A stretch of 63,567 nt of DNA, filler included, from Syncephalis fuscata S228 (GCA_025786725.1; 4 parts of 4 records of this genome joined end to end with filler, not necessarily neighbours in it); one strand, 5' to 3'; shown: positions 39,096-53,052, counted from the whole stretch's first letter. Notes: generated from the sequence alone by a model not told the origin. Translations and numbers: made by a program.

Positions 39096-41504
39096 ATGAC
39101 AAGCAATATGGATGTGCAGCCACTGGTTAATGCCACCAGCGATGAACAAGCACTGTATCCTATTGCTGTATTAATGGACGAGCTGAAACACGACGATGTA
39201 GCCAATCGCCTTCGGGCTATCCGTCGTCTGGATACAATTGCACTTGCTCTGGGTCCTGAACGTACTCGAGATGAGCTTGTTCCATTCTTACAAGGTAGCA
39301 CTTGATCAAAGAGTTGCAAGTGCTGCATACGATGACTAACGAGAATGACGTGTTTGCATGCTGTAGAATCCATGGATGATGAAGATGAAGTCTTGGTGGC
39401 ACTTGCTGAAGAACTGGGTGGATTTACCCAGTATATTGGTGGCCGCGAACATGTGCATATATTGTTAGAACCACTCGAAAAGTTGGCCGCCCAGGAGGAG
39501 ACAGTTGTGCGTGATAAGGTAAGTAGAGGTATGCGTAGCCAACCGATCACTTGATTAACAAGTGTCAACGCATTAGGCTGTAATATCTCTTACTCAAGTA
39601 GCCGATGCTATGAATCAACAACAAATTGAAAGCTCATTTGTGCCATTGCTTAAACGACTAACCGATGGTGACTGGTTTACCAACCGTACCAGTGCATGTG
39701 GTCTATATGCTTCAGCCTATAAGCTTTCTGGTCCAGCCACTCAAGAAGAGCTGCGTCGGTAAGATTGGTAGTTTAAATATTGGCTCGAATGTTGATCATA
39801 TTTGTGTACTCGTTTATAGCATGTTTAGCGAGTTATGCCACGATGAAACACCTATGGTTCGCCGTGCTGCAGCTACCCATCTTGCCGTAAGTAAATCAAG
39901 TAATATTGCGGCATACAATTAATTAATCTATTTATACACTTAGACACTAACTAGAAACATGGCCAAAGAACTGGTTATACCATCTATTCTTCCACTGTTT
40001 AACCATTTGGCACAAGATAATCAGGTATATTATACTTAAATAAGACGTCTAATAATTAGCCTGTAATATTAATATTTAATTATGGTTAATAGGACTCCGT
40101 CCGCTTATTGACAGTTGAAGCATTGATTGCCATTGCCCAAGCATTGTCGCCTGAAGAGTGCAAACAGCAACTCAACAGATCATGCAGAATCTGTGCACAG
40201 ATGGTTCATGGCGTGTACGCTATGCAGTTGCTGAAAAGTTTGTAGAGGTAAGTTATATTTGTTGATTAGACTAGATTATTAATCAATCTTATTTTGAATT
40301 ATTAGTTGGCTAAAGCGGTAGGCTCTGACATTACACACACTGAATTAGTGACCATCTACGTCAGTCTACTGCGCGACAACGAGTCGGAGGTGCGCAGTGC
40401 TGCTGCATCACAAATCCCTGGTAACTAGTAAAATAAGCTTTCTAAATCAACGATAACTGACTATGTATACAAATAGGCTTTGGCGAGCTAGTAGGCAAAG
40501 AAGTAGTACTTGACCGTATTATGGTCAATCTAAAAGATATGGTATCGGATACATCACAACATGTCCGTGCCTCATTGGCCTCTCAAATTAGTGGATTAAC
40601 ACCGATTGTTGGAAAGGAAGAGTAAGTGCTACATAAAGCGATAATTAGTATCTAACTAACGTGTACTCATCTACCCTATAGTACAATTGAGCATCTTCTT
40701 CCACTATTCCTTCGTCTACTTAAAGATGAATTCCCTGATGTTAGACTGAATATTATTTCAAAGATGGAACAAGTCAATCAAGGCAAGTATTGTATTTCAA
40801 TATAACTATTGGTGTATTTATACTATTTATATAGTTATTGGTGTAGAACTGTTGTCGCAATCACTATTGCCAGCCATTATTGAACTAGCTGAGGATAAGC
40901 AGTGGCGAGTAAGACTGGCTATTATTGAGTATATTCCCTTGTTGGCTGGCCAACTCGGCGTGGTGTTTTTCAATGAAAAACTAGGTGATTTGTGCATGTC
41001 ATGGCTAACTGACTCGGTGTTCAGCATCCGTGAAGCGGCCACTGTTAATCTACGCCGATTAACCGAAGTATTCGGTGTTGAGTGGGCCACTCAAACAATC
41101 ATCCCCAAAGTATTGGCCATGGCATCCGATCCCAACTATTTGCATCGTATGACAACCATCTTTGCCATTACAGCCATTTCACCTGCCTTGACACCCGAAG
41201 TGATTCGTGATCATGTATTGCCTACAGTTACCACACTGGCTGCCGATCCCATTCCTAATATTCGATTCAATGTAGCTAAGAGTATTGCGCTATTGGCCCC
41301 TCTACTACGTGAAGACCCCAGCACAGCTCCACTGATTGATAGCGAGATGAAGCCAGCTCTATTGCGTCTTAACGAAGACCAAGACAATGATGTCAAGTAC
41401 TTTGCCCACCGAGCACTACTTGCATGTAAGTAATCTATTCAGTCTAACACAACGATGGTATTTACTAATACTCATTACTATCGATCGATTGATTGATTAT
41501 AGAA
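39096..41504 (+). CDS. TPD3: Protein phosphatase 2A scaffold (A) subunit, HEAT repeats; one apparent 1-nt deletion at ~40175
   Basis: [86 protein letters not shown]. Confidence 0.97.
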
Positions 41505-41924
41505 ATATATTCTTTTGTTTCTACCTTTATGGGTCAATTTATTTTCGTTGGAAGCACATTGATATTACCTCTTTCTTTCTATGTTTGCTCATCTCACCTT
41601 CACCTTCACGCATTTAAACTCTTTAATCTATCGCTAATCTCGTCTCTTTTCACTTTTCTTTTCTTCTTTAGCTCTCTCTCTCCCTCTTTCCTTATATCCC
41701 TTTAACTCTGGTTGGTTGGTTGGCAACAACAACAGCCATTTTTATCATCCATCTCTAATATTCATCCATATCACAGCGAGGATTGAAGAATTTATTGTGT
41801 GTGTGTTTGTGTGTGTTTGTGTCTACGTACACATCTGTGTATATGTTTGTGACGGCAGCGAAAGTAGTACAATGTAAACAGTGTTTACCATTTATCCATT
41901 TGTGCACATGACATGTATGATACA

Positions 41925-42861
41925 TTATCGCCTTTTATCTCCTACCATTGTTGTAGTCTTTGTTGAGTGCATGTCATTGGACAGGGGCCGTGTTGTCGTT
42001 GCAGTTGTTGCAGTTCGACCGCGTAATGGACGTGGCGCCCATGGTGGAGATCCAGTAGGCGATTGAGCCGTGAAATTGCTATTATGCTCCATAGAATCGC
42101 GTTTACGACTAGCCATCTTGGATGCATTGGCATGTTCTGATGAATTTGATAGTTCATGGAATGTAGATCTATGAACAGTGTTAAATGTTATTAGATATAG
42201 CTATACAATAGTCATCGTTACTTACAAGTTATCGCCTAAACGATCAAGCTACAACATCATTTATATTTGTATTGTTATTGTTATATAGTATTGTAGTAAA
42301 AACTACTTACTTGATCGGCTATTTTTTGAAGTGCTACGGTTCGTGCATCTAATCGGTCGGCTTTACGTCGATCACGTTCAATTAATTCAGCATCATCAAC
42401 ATTAATGCCAATACTAACATTACAAATAATTAAATATCAATAGATTCATTAGTAATATACTATTTGTATACCATTTACTACTACTTACGTATCATCTTCT
42501 TCAAGCATTTCCAATGAAATGTGATTTGATGCTAAGGTCATTTGCTGTTCACGAATACGATCCAGTTGTTCAAACATCTCGTTAGACCCGCGACCTAAAC
42601 CACCCGTCTACAATGAATCGACTGTCATAATAAACAATTAAATAAAGACTTACCAAAAGCACTCATTTCACCGCGTTCATACATACTATCCATCTTAAGA
42701 AATTCCCGTTCCAAATAGTCAAGTACTCGATCGTGGTCAAGACGATGTTCTGGTAATAGTTCGTCATCATCACCAACTGCACCGCGTTGTTGCTGTTGTT
42801 GGTGGTGCTGGTGGTTGAGATGGTGTAGCTCTTGCGGTGAATTCGGTAACGAGTCACCCAT
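41925..42861 (-). CDS. CCDC28: CCDC28-like (DUF4061) coiled-coil protein, 5 exons
   Basis: Spliced LEREFLKMDSMYERGEMSAF|GRGSNEMFEQLDRIREQQMTLASNHISLE...LDRLGDNL resembles the CCDC28 core (F.SG.LQAFG...EQMEHVR..QEKLA) as recalled. Confidence 0.55.
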
Positions 42862-43106
42862 GTTTTGTAACGGTTGATGCTGTGCTATGGAAATATTATA
42901 CTAAAGAATTGTAAAAGTAAAACTAATGTTAAAAAGGAGAAGTGTGTATTAAATATAGTTGTTACTATTGTTGCTTTTCTTAAGAGCCAAGTGTGTAACG
43001 TAATAGTTATGCAAAATAATAACATAATCTCTATAATAGTACACTCGTATTAGAACTGAAGACCAGTGACTATATTTATTTACACATTTAAACTGAACAT
43101 TTGTTT

Positions 43107-43218
43107 TATTAAACATAATGATGATAAATGGTGAGTGGTATTTGTCATTAAAATACTCATCATCATGCTCAATAGATTGGATGTTATTAATTGTTAGTCA
43201 TTTAACCATCAAATCATA
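43107..43218. repeat. Short hairpin-forming derivative of the dispersed repeat
   Basis: TATTAAACATAATGATG..GGTGAGT..ACTCATCATCATGCTCAATA (imperfect inverted repeat), followed by the family tail GATTGGATGTTATT..AGTCATTT. Confidence 0.8.
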
Positions 43219-43709
43219 TCAAGTGTTAATAAACTGTTTGTAATGTCAAATGACATACAACATTTTATATGATTAATATACGTTGTTGCTTCAATAATTA
43301 CACGTCAGGCCCATAAGCTTTTCAAATTAAAAGTTAAAACATGGAATAACAGAGTTCATATTTATTAGTGTGCTAACACGACCATAATAAATAAAACAAC
43401 TAACAAGTACACTATCGATAGTATTATGGAGTTGGTTAATAAGTGTAGCTGTATCGAATGTAAATAGTTGCAATATGAACACACAATTCAAATAACTCAA
43501 GGATATATTGCATAGATAAAGTGGCAGGCAGTGATGAACTGTTGAATGTTCAATATGCTAACTCGACATCTGTATAATTCCGATTACTGACATTAACTGT
43601 TAAAGATCAATTTGCCATGTTTAAAGCTATATACGGTTATAAGCAATGTTTCAAGTGTTTTATTTATCTATTCTAACTAATTACTAGTTATACAAGTTTA
43701 AATTGATTA

Positions 43710-45348
43710 CTAAAAATAAATCAGTCTTGGTTTTTTTGAATTTTCAGTGTCATCTTTGCAACTACTGGTGCTTCTTCTTTTAAAATGGGCGGTGGCCTTT
43801 GACGAAACAGTTTTTGTCGAGTCGGATAGTATTTTTAGTTTATTAAAAACTACACCCATTTCCATCCACTCCTCCATTCGCTGCTTACACGCACTTGCAA
43901 TGTTGTTGCAAGTAGCGAATACATACAATGCACGCTCGATGGATATCGAACCTACATCGCTGTCAGAAGCAATATCAATGCTGGCAATTTCATGGAATTG
44001 CAATTGATTACTTGATTCTTGGGTCATAAGAAAAAAGCGGAAGCAGAACGCCTTTGCATAGATTCCATAGACAAATGGCAATGATTGGCAATGCTCAATG
44101 TCATTCAACAAGTATTTTTGCTCCAAAAATGCATGTCTACATTGGAGCATTAGCTTTTCCCTGAATTAATGATTATTAACCAACATAATTGCAATAAAAT
44201 TTATACACTCACAAATGCTTCTTGGTTTCAATGTCTGATTTTATGTCTATCTTTGACTCTCCCAAAACCATATGTACCCTTTCATGGTAAAGGAGAAATC
44301 GGGATAATATACAGACGGCTGCTGTCCAGCCTTGTAGCCGCATACTGGTACCCAACTGACCCACTGTTTAAAGCTTAATTAAAACGCTAAAATAAAAAAG
44401 TAGCTTACCGTCCATTACTAAAATTAAAAAGACTAGATTCAGTTTTATCTTTAAATACGCTGCTCATAGCACCGTAGAAAAAGCTATGAACGCGTGAGCT
44501 GTAGCCCATTTCATTCATTTCGACTGGATAATTATCTGCAGATAAAAGTAAAATGGCACCCATGACTTTAGCCATTTCCAATGATGAAATAATGTTTTTA
44601 TCATCTCCTCTTAACGGGAAGGTAGCATCAATAGCATCTTGCGGTATGATACCACTGTTTTTCCTAGTAATGTATTTCATTAAGTCCTAATAAATACTTG
44701 TCAGTGTTGTTGTAGTTTAATACTATTATTTACCTTATATTCATCATCATTTTCACACTTGCGTGGTGTATGGGTAACACGGTACAAATGATGTATTTCT
44801 CTTTTACGCCATAAAATGGCTTTCCATCCACACCACCAATATGCCAGCTCCATCGAGTGCTGGTAGTCTCTGTATATGTCACGTGACGAGTGACTAAATT
44901 GATTTCCTTTGCTAATGCTTCAGCAATATCTATTATTCACAAGTGTCAGTAATCTAAGATAATATAAATAAAGCTTACTTACCCACAAAAATACTATATT
45001 TACTTATAATGTACTTGACTTCGTCTTTTCTCTTGGCAGAAAACGCGTCGCCAATCCTTAGCATCCAGTTAATGGGCCAGAGTTCAGTATCATCCAATAA
45101 AAAACTAGCCAGGAAAATCCAGGTGTGAACTAATGGATTCTACAATATTTACTAGTTTTTTTGCATAAGCAATGCTTCTTCAGCTAAATGATCTGGTTCA
45201 AACATTGCATCGTTCTTATCTTGCTCTGAGGGTCAGGATTCTCTATTGATTGTAAATCAAGCGCCTCTTGTCTTTTCCAAATATCTGCATACTCTTTCTT
45301 TACTTTTAAAAAGTTGGCTTTAATTTCATCTTGAACAGTGATGGTCAT
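43710..45348 (-). CDS. PD-(D/E)xK restriction-endonuclease-fold protein (Crinkler/CR-REase-like), 5 exons, several frameshifts
   Basis: With one base restored at ~44290, exons 3-5 read NEMGYSSRVHSFF..YYPDFSFYHERVHMVLGESK..LEKLMLQC..PFVYGIYAK.FCFRFFLM. This gives the E-helix, PD, hydrophobic strand + GExK, Q helix and VYGI strand. Confidence 0.6.
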
Positions 45349-46539
45349 GTTGAATATAAAATAGCTTGACAATAAATATTGGTTTAAAAAACAAAAAGTA
45401 AACAGCTTAGTTCAGAGCACAGTTGAAGAAAGTTGTTTTATTGCGCGTGCAGATAACTAAGGATGATCGACTACATTATAAGGCGCAATAACTGGTATGA
45501 CGTACAATGTAAAATCAAAACTAATGCGTCTAGGTATTACTAGTAGCGGCAGCCTTTGGCAGTGTCTTAGGCTATTTGTGCAAACGACTGCCAACTGCAG
45601 GCTGATTGGACATTAGCACCTACGTTGGTTATACAGATTTAAACAGACATTCCAATATGGCAGCGAATTTGATCGCACCATCACGTAATAGAGACAATAC
45701 ACCTGGATTCTATCGTATATTAAATATTACTTTATCGTCATGCATATCATTTAAAAGCTAAAAAAAATCACAAATCTATGACGTTTTTAGTTGTATCAGT
45801 TGATTATGATACAATTGCATAACATGAACGGAAATATCACAACTACAAGCAAAGGCGTTGTTATTTGTTGTGTCATCGAACTGCATATACCAGTCAGTGA
45901 AAATACCTACTGTTTGCACGATCTAATACATACTATTTCAATGGGTTCATCCCTTCTTGTGTAGTTTAAACAATATAAAGCAAAATAACTATACAGGATT
46001 TATGCTATAATATCAGAAAAGTAAATACAAAATACTTGTTAATGTAAATCAACTTTAGTACATTGCTATTAGCACATCTTTTCGATATTATAAATAATGT
46101 ATTTTTATGTATTATTTTACACAGCATTGAGATGCGCTGATTGTCTATTACTGAGATACTTTCGATGTGCCTAAAATCGCCATAATATGACCACCAAACA
46201 ATCACCAATTGAATAACTTATTACACTACCGCTATAATGTGTTTTACTAATTGATACTATATAATTTATAACTATCTGTCTTAATAGAGTGGATATAAAA
46301 CACAACCCACTTTCAACATTACACTGTTATCAACATATTCCTTCAATGTTGTGTAAAATGTCATGTTTTGTTTTTTAATTTAATTGATTTACAGATAGTT
46401 AAAATGTGTCAAATGTCTACAAATGAATATAAACAGCCATCAACTGACGTATACTTCTTTTCTTTACCTTTACTTGTCTCATTGCTTTCTGTAACTTACC
46501 TTGTTTCTCAGGCTTATTCAGCTTGTTATCATTTCAGTC

Positions 46540-48588
46540 ATGACTTTAGAAGTTGCAGAAGGCGCAGACTGGATAGAAAAATACGATGAGACAATATACG
46601 TACCTAAGGGTGTTATTGAAATCAAAAGTAGATGTTATGAAAGAATAAGGCAGCTGACTAAACAAGAGCCAGATAATGTGAATCGCTTAAAGTCTTGAAA
46701 AGCTGAAGGAAGAACTGAAGCAACTTTATAAGAAATTACAAGAGGCAGCTGTGAATGCAATTGTTGTCCTTTTGGAACAGCCAGAGTTAGCCAAGAAGAT
46801 CGTGAATACGCGTATACTCAAAAAGAACTATGGACACATCATTGGGCACGGAATTTGCTTACATTATTCAACGTAACAAGTTGGAATCTCTAAGTACGGC
46901 AATTCAAGACATTAAGCGTATACGTGGTAAGTATTATAAGCATAATAAGTATTGTTTCATTAACTTACATATTTATTTATAAAGCACATAGAATTGCAGG
47001 CGAAAATAGTTTCTGTGTTCAAGTTGCATTAGATTTGAGTGGTATAACTTTGGAAGAAAATTGGTTTATGATTGAACAAAGACCTGAAAGAACTGGAAGT
47101 TCTGTAAGTTGGGATTAAGCATAGTGCAGTTATATACCATAATTACTAATATTATATATATAATTAGGTAAAAGGTAGTGGTGCATGGTCATTCGAATAA
47201 TTGATTCTGAGCGAAAGCCACTGGGTGTTATTAAAGCATTTTCCAATATTGATGCTGGAAAGCGGGAAATTGCATTGTACCAGTATTTATGTACTGTACC
47301 AAATGTTGCAAAGTATCTACCAGCATTTCAGCAGTGATTTACTTTACTTCATATGCTAGCCATGGTAACCGATTACGTCGAAGCAAAGACGCACTACAAA
47401 TATAACGCTGCTGAGCAAATCACGTATGTTGAAAGTTTGATAAAGGTATGCTGGCAGCGATGGATGGTTAGATATCTTGCTAATATTATAATAGGCTGTT
47501 GAGGCACTACATAATATCGGTATTATTCATGGCGATATTAAGCCTGAAAATGTACGAATTAACAAAGAAACCAACGATGTCAAGTTGATCGATTTTGGAT
47601 CGGTTTATGTCACCGAAGATGCACAGATACCTGATGAGTATGCTGATGCCAATGCTAACGGGATTACTGGCGGCACTGAAGGATACATGGCCCCAGAATA
47701 CAAGGATTATGTCACCACTGCTTTGGATATGTATTCTGTTGGAAAGACAATAGAAGAAACGCTTAAAGTAAGATCATACTGCAGCTGAAATTAGCCATGC
47801 TTTACTAATAACCTGTAATGTTCATAGTATTCTAATATATGCCCAAACATGTATACAATGATCGATATGCTGACCAGAACAAGCCCATATGAACGATTTG
47901 GTACAAAAGAGGCTTTCAGGCTGCTGTCGACAATGCGATCGGAACAAAGTGAACTGGAAGCAGCGGCATCAATGGCAGTAACTAACAAAGGGAAGTTAAA
48001 CGCTCAGCAACCAGTTGTATCTGCCAGACAGGGAAATGAGAACGAGGTTTTTATGTCAGATTTATTTGATATGTTTAAGCAATTGAAACAAGACACTGCT
48101 GTATTGAAAAAAGACAACGATACACTGAAGCAACATAACGAGGCGCTAAATCACAAGATAGATGCTATGGAAAAGGTCACCGAGAACAATTGACTGCAAT
48201 AAAAGAAATGCTAGAAGCATTGCATAATAAACAGATGCATTTGTCAACGACTAGCAAAGGAAGAGGTAAAAGAGAGCTGGAGGCTATGAATGAGATGGCG
48301 CCAAACAGCAGCAAAGAAGGCAAAAAGAAGGCAAAGATTATTGCTAAAGCAGCATCAAACACTAGTAACGAAAGCAAGAAAAGAAAGGCAGATAATGCAG
48401 TCAAGATTAATGACAAAGCAGTGTCTAATAAAAAGACACGAGCGTCAAATATAGGTAATTAGGCATATAAATACAATAACACATACTAAATATTATTGTT
48501 GTTAATAGACAAAGAAGCCAAGCGACGTGATACAAACAATCATTCTATAAACAAAACAGCACATCAGTTCAAGCATCCAACTGTATAG
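46540..48588 (+). CDS. Ser/Thr protein kinase with N-terminal helical region and basic coiled-coil tail; several frameshifts
   Basis: GVIKAF (VAIK-type), IIHGDIKPEN, LIDFG, GGTEGYMAPE, DMYSVG. GT-AG introns present. Confidence 0.8.
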
Positions 48589-48923
48589 ACAACATCATTT
48601 AGAAGAAGCAGATGCACAGCAGAATCGAAAGATGGCCACTATGCCGATTCATAAACATAAACATCTGACGTGTACCAGTATAGTCGAACGTGACATAAAC
48701 AATCAGCGACCAATTCGGCGTTGCAGACGTGTATACTAAATATTATATTCTATTCTAACACATCACACATACATGTATTAATAAAGGCAATTGTATAATA
48801 TTAATTGACCAATACTACATTGTGTTATAAAAACAGTTTAAACTGTTGTTTTATTAATGGCTTTATTTTTAATTTAATCTAAAGTTTATGAGTTTGTCAT
48901 TTAGCCTAATAGCTAAATAAATA

Positions 48924-49040
48924 TATTGAACACGATAATGAATGGTGAGTGATAGCAATTATCAAATACTCATCATCATGTTCAATAGAAAAAATGTTTA
49001 GTTTAAATATGTGAATAATTAAATTAGTCATTTAACATCA
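48924..49040. repeat. Short hairpin-forming derivative of the dispersed repeat
   Basis: TATTGAACACGATAATG..GGTGAGT..ACTCATCATCATGTTCAATA inverted repeat, then an AGTCATTTAAC tail, as at 43107. Confidence 0.8.
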
Positions 49041-49754
49041 AAATAATCATAAATGGCTAGTAATTTAAGTTAATAAATAAGACAGTAAGCTAAATAAACC
49101 ATTGATATCATTGCTAAATAGCTGCCGTACCTGTGATTGTAGTAAATGTAACTAACTGTGATATGTTAATGTTGCGAGAAGAATGAAGATATTTATTTAA
49201 CTAATAAAAAGATGGATTGTACTAATTCAGCATATAAATTAAAAGGTGCTAAATAAGCAGCTTATCATTAGCCAAGCGTAGTTAAAAATAGTTTATACAC
49301 CATAACAATTGTTCGATGTTTCTAATAGCACCCCTTTAGGCTTGTATTCATCATCCATTCCTAAATAGTCTATTGATTTACATTTTTGCTGTTAGAATCA
49401 ACTCGGAATACTAAAATAAAAATACGCACCAATCGCTATATTTAATATAGTCCTTGGCCTTACCCATCTTAATGTTTCCAGGAATAATGCCACAAGGCAG
49501 TTTTCCATCAATAGTATTGCTGGTCTCACTGTTAGTGGCAATAATGTGGTCACTAACTGGTTTATTACGCGTGTTATCCAAAACCACATGCTTGACAGAT
49601 TTGTCTGTGCATCAGCCACTAGGCAGCATCAGTACTTGCAGCGGAGTTTTATTATATACACAGTAATTGATGTTGCCTTGCCATTTCTATTTTTTACTTT
49701 TCTTCGTCTTACAAATTAGCGCCAAATAGTAGACTTACAAGCTATTTCGTGTAA

Positions 49755-49902
49755 GTGTGTCAACGTGCGTGTGTGTGTGTAAGTGTACACGAATATGTGA
49801 TCACAGTCAACTATTTGTATATAGTTTTACTCGTGTACGTGCGTGTGTGTGTACGTGTGTGTGTGTGCGTATGCATGTTATGTGTGTATGGACGTGTGTG
49901 TG
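49755..49902. repeat. Imperfect (GT)n microsatellite tract upstream of the RasGAP gene
   Basis: Runs of GTGT/GCGT. Confidence 0.7.
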
Positions 49903-50175
49903 ACGGAGATAAATAACTCCACTGATTTATGGACTGACTATTTCTTCCCCTGTGTTCATTAAATACTAATTGAGCCACTTGTATTCAATCTTCTATATAT
50001 TGTCCACTATTCCATTCATAGTCATCTCTCGTCTCTTTCTCTTTTCTTTGCCAGAATAGCATCATTGCTTTATTGACCATCACTGAACTGAACAGTGGTG
50101 CTTAGACTCGTTACTCTGCTTGTCGTATACACGAGCACTAGCTGGCGTGTGCTTTCGTAGATTTCGACGGAAAGC

Positions 50176-53052
50176 ATGACCGATATAATACTGCCAAGTA
50201 TAAGCAACAATAGCAGTATTTTAACAGGAATGACACATAGTACACAGCGTGAGCCGGGAATTGTCCGGGCTGGCCCTCTTTGGATGTTCGGTAACTACTT
50301 TATTTGTGTAATGTGAACAAGTAAATAACCAACTAGTGTCATTTAGTGGCCAAACCAGGTAGCAGCAACTCTGTAGGCGAGTTGTCGGGACAGTGGCAAC
50401 GGGTGGTTTGTACACTTCGTTCCAATGGGTACTTTTCACAGGCTGATGCTGAGGTAAGCTAGTGATTTACGATGGTTGGTCAAGTAGCTGAGCCAAGCTT
50501 GGTTATGACTTGAAATTGATCATTGTGCACTATCCTTTTATAGACGGGTGTATTAGGCGATCTGCTAAATATGCGCGACCGGACTCGTCGAGATGCACGG
50601 CTTGTCGATGATTCTGTGCTTGATCGTCGCCATTGCTTCTCTATTCGGGGCCCGTTAGGCATAACGTTTTATGCGGCCGATAATCGTGCAACTCGTTTAG
50701 CATGGTGTACGCTGTTGAAACAGGCAGCGACTGAAGAGATGGAAAGCCGTATTACAGCACTCATCGCTTCACTTAATCTACAGGAGACGAGTACGTACTC
50801 AAGCAACAATAGACGGTTACATAATACGTCAGGAATTCGTCAAACGTACTCCGATGACGACGACAGGGGTAAGGGGATAGATGTCGGCGTTAAAGGAATT
50901 CAAGGTGCAGATCAGCGTGCACGAGCGGTGTCAGTGCTAGAAGCTGATAAGTTTCGAATTGAACGGCGATTACAAATTCGTATAAATGAAGCACGTAAAC
51001 TACAGCTTGATGACCGTCGTTGTTGGATTTCAGTTGAGGTCGGTGATGAATTCCATTCACGTACTTGTGCGGTCGATGGACCAGAGCCATCATGGGGGGA
51101 GGAATATACGATAAAGTAAGTTATTAATGTGTTAAATAAATAGTTAATTAATTGTTGAATAGCGATATTCCAGGCCATGTTGACGAGGCACGTTTGGTTG
51201 TGTACAGTCGATCAAAACACGATAAAAATGCACGTATTGGTGTTGTACGTGTGCCACTAGGCTCATTGCCTAAAGTTCAACCATTTGATAATTGGTATCC
51301 TATTGTTCGTGATCCCATGGATTTAACAAGCGTTAATCTGGCTGGTACACATCTTGGCGATGTTCGACTTCGACTACGCTATGAAGAACTTGTTGTATTA
51401 CCGGCGGTTGCTTACGAAGAGCTTTCAAAGGTAAACTGATAGCATATGGTTTATTTGTTATGTATTGATTGTTTGTTGGCAATTTAACTAATTATATGTA
51501 CGTAGATATTGTTAGAGGACGAGCCTTTACTAGTCATTGCTATTGCTGGTGTTACACGTAATTTGGACTGGCTTGCTGAACGACTTGTATTGACGCACCA
51601 GGCCAATCATCGTGCAGTAGAATGGCTGCAATTTCTAGCAGCCCATGAAGTGACAAAAACTGGTGATGCCAATATTTTATTTAGGTATATAATTTATAGA
51701 TCTACAGCATGGTAGTACCATAATTAACACTATATGTAGAGGCAATTCATTGACCACTAAAGCAATCGATGCCTATATGAAGTTAGTGGGATGGCAATAT
51801 CTTGATGATACCATTGGTGGTGCACTTCGTTATATCTGTGCTAATCGAGTATGCTGCGAGGTAAGTGTATTATATAGATATAGCAGAATGTATGATTTAA
51901 TTGCTTATAAACTATTATAGATGGATAGTTCACGTATGGACAATCCTGCCGATGTAACAAAGAATGGCGAAGAACTTAAAAGTTACGCTCAAATGATTTG
52001 GCGAGCAATAGAGGCATCGATAGAAGAATGTCCGATGTAATTTGCACTATATAGTATTTAATTTAATGTACTAATAATAAGGACTATTATTAGGGAATTA
52101 CGTCGACTATTTGCCCATATTCAACGTCAAGTAATGGAAAAACATAGTGTACGTGAGGGTACATCGCCCAATGTACGCTATACCTGTGTTAGGTAATAAG
52201 CAATGAAACATGCAAATAATATATATTATACTAATTGATCGATTATAATTAGTGGCTTTTTATTCCTTCGACTATTCTGTCCAGCTGTTCTATCACCACG
52301 TCTATTTGATCTTGTGCCAGGTAATTAGGCGGCTGGCTTATCATAATCTATATTAATACAATATCGAACTAGAACATCCTGATGCGGGTACACAGCGTAC
52401 ACTGACGCTTTTGGCCAAAACACTTCAATGCTTGGGCAATATTGTTGAATTTGGTGCTAAAGAGACTTTTATGATACCTATGAATTCATTTATTCAGGTA
52501 ATTAATTAGTTAATCGACTATTAGTGTATTTATTTATTCATTTTTGCTTGTGATTAATAGGAAAACATCAATGGATTTAAGCATTTTGTTGATAAATTAG
52601 CCGGCGTTGAACCATTCCCTGAACGGGCACGCGACCAATCACGTGTAGTTACACTGAATGGACGTCAACGTCGTCGTCGTGGTCTTATATTTAATAAACA
52701 ACGACGACCTTTGTCCGAATCGTCGATAAGCGGCACACTAACGGCTAATCTACAACAGCCAGTACCTGCTTCTCTTGACGATCTATCAACACAACCAGCA
52801 TTGCCGTATATGATTGATCCTGATCGTGAATTAGCAGCCATTGCCGACTATGTACACACCAATAAGGAGCGATTGATAGGCGTGGTAAGCGAGCTTGATG
52901 AAGCACGCGGCCAGCAACGACAAGTTACTAGTCCTACAATGTCAGGCCGTACTAGTTCTTTAGTGCGCACATGTGATCCGGCTGCACTATGCCGTCTTAT
53001 TAATATTTGCGAGCAAATACACGCTCGCGTACTAAAGACAAAACAGCTATAA
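50176..53052 (+). CDS. Ras GTPase-activating protein with PH and C2 domains (Bud2/Gap1-like)
   Basis: PH (GQWQRVVCTL..FYAADN..AWC), C2 (PSWGEEY, IGVVRVPL, DNWYPI), NILFRGNSLTTK arginine finger, FLFLRLFCPAVLSP. Confidence 0.92.
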
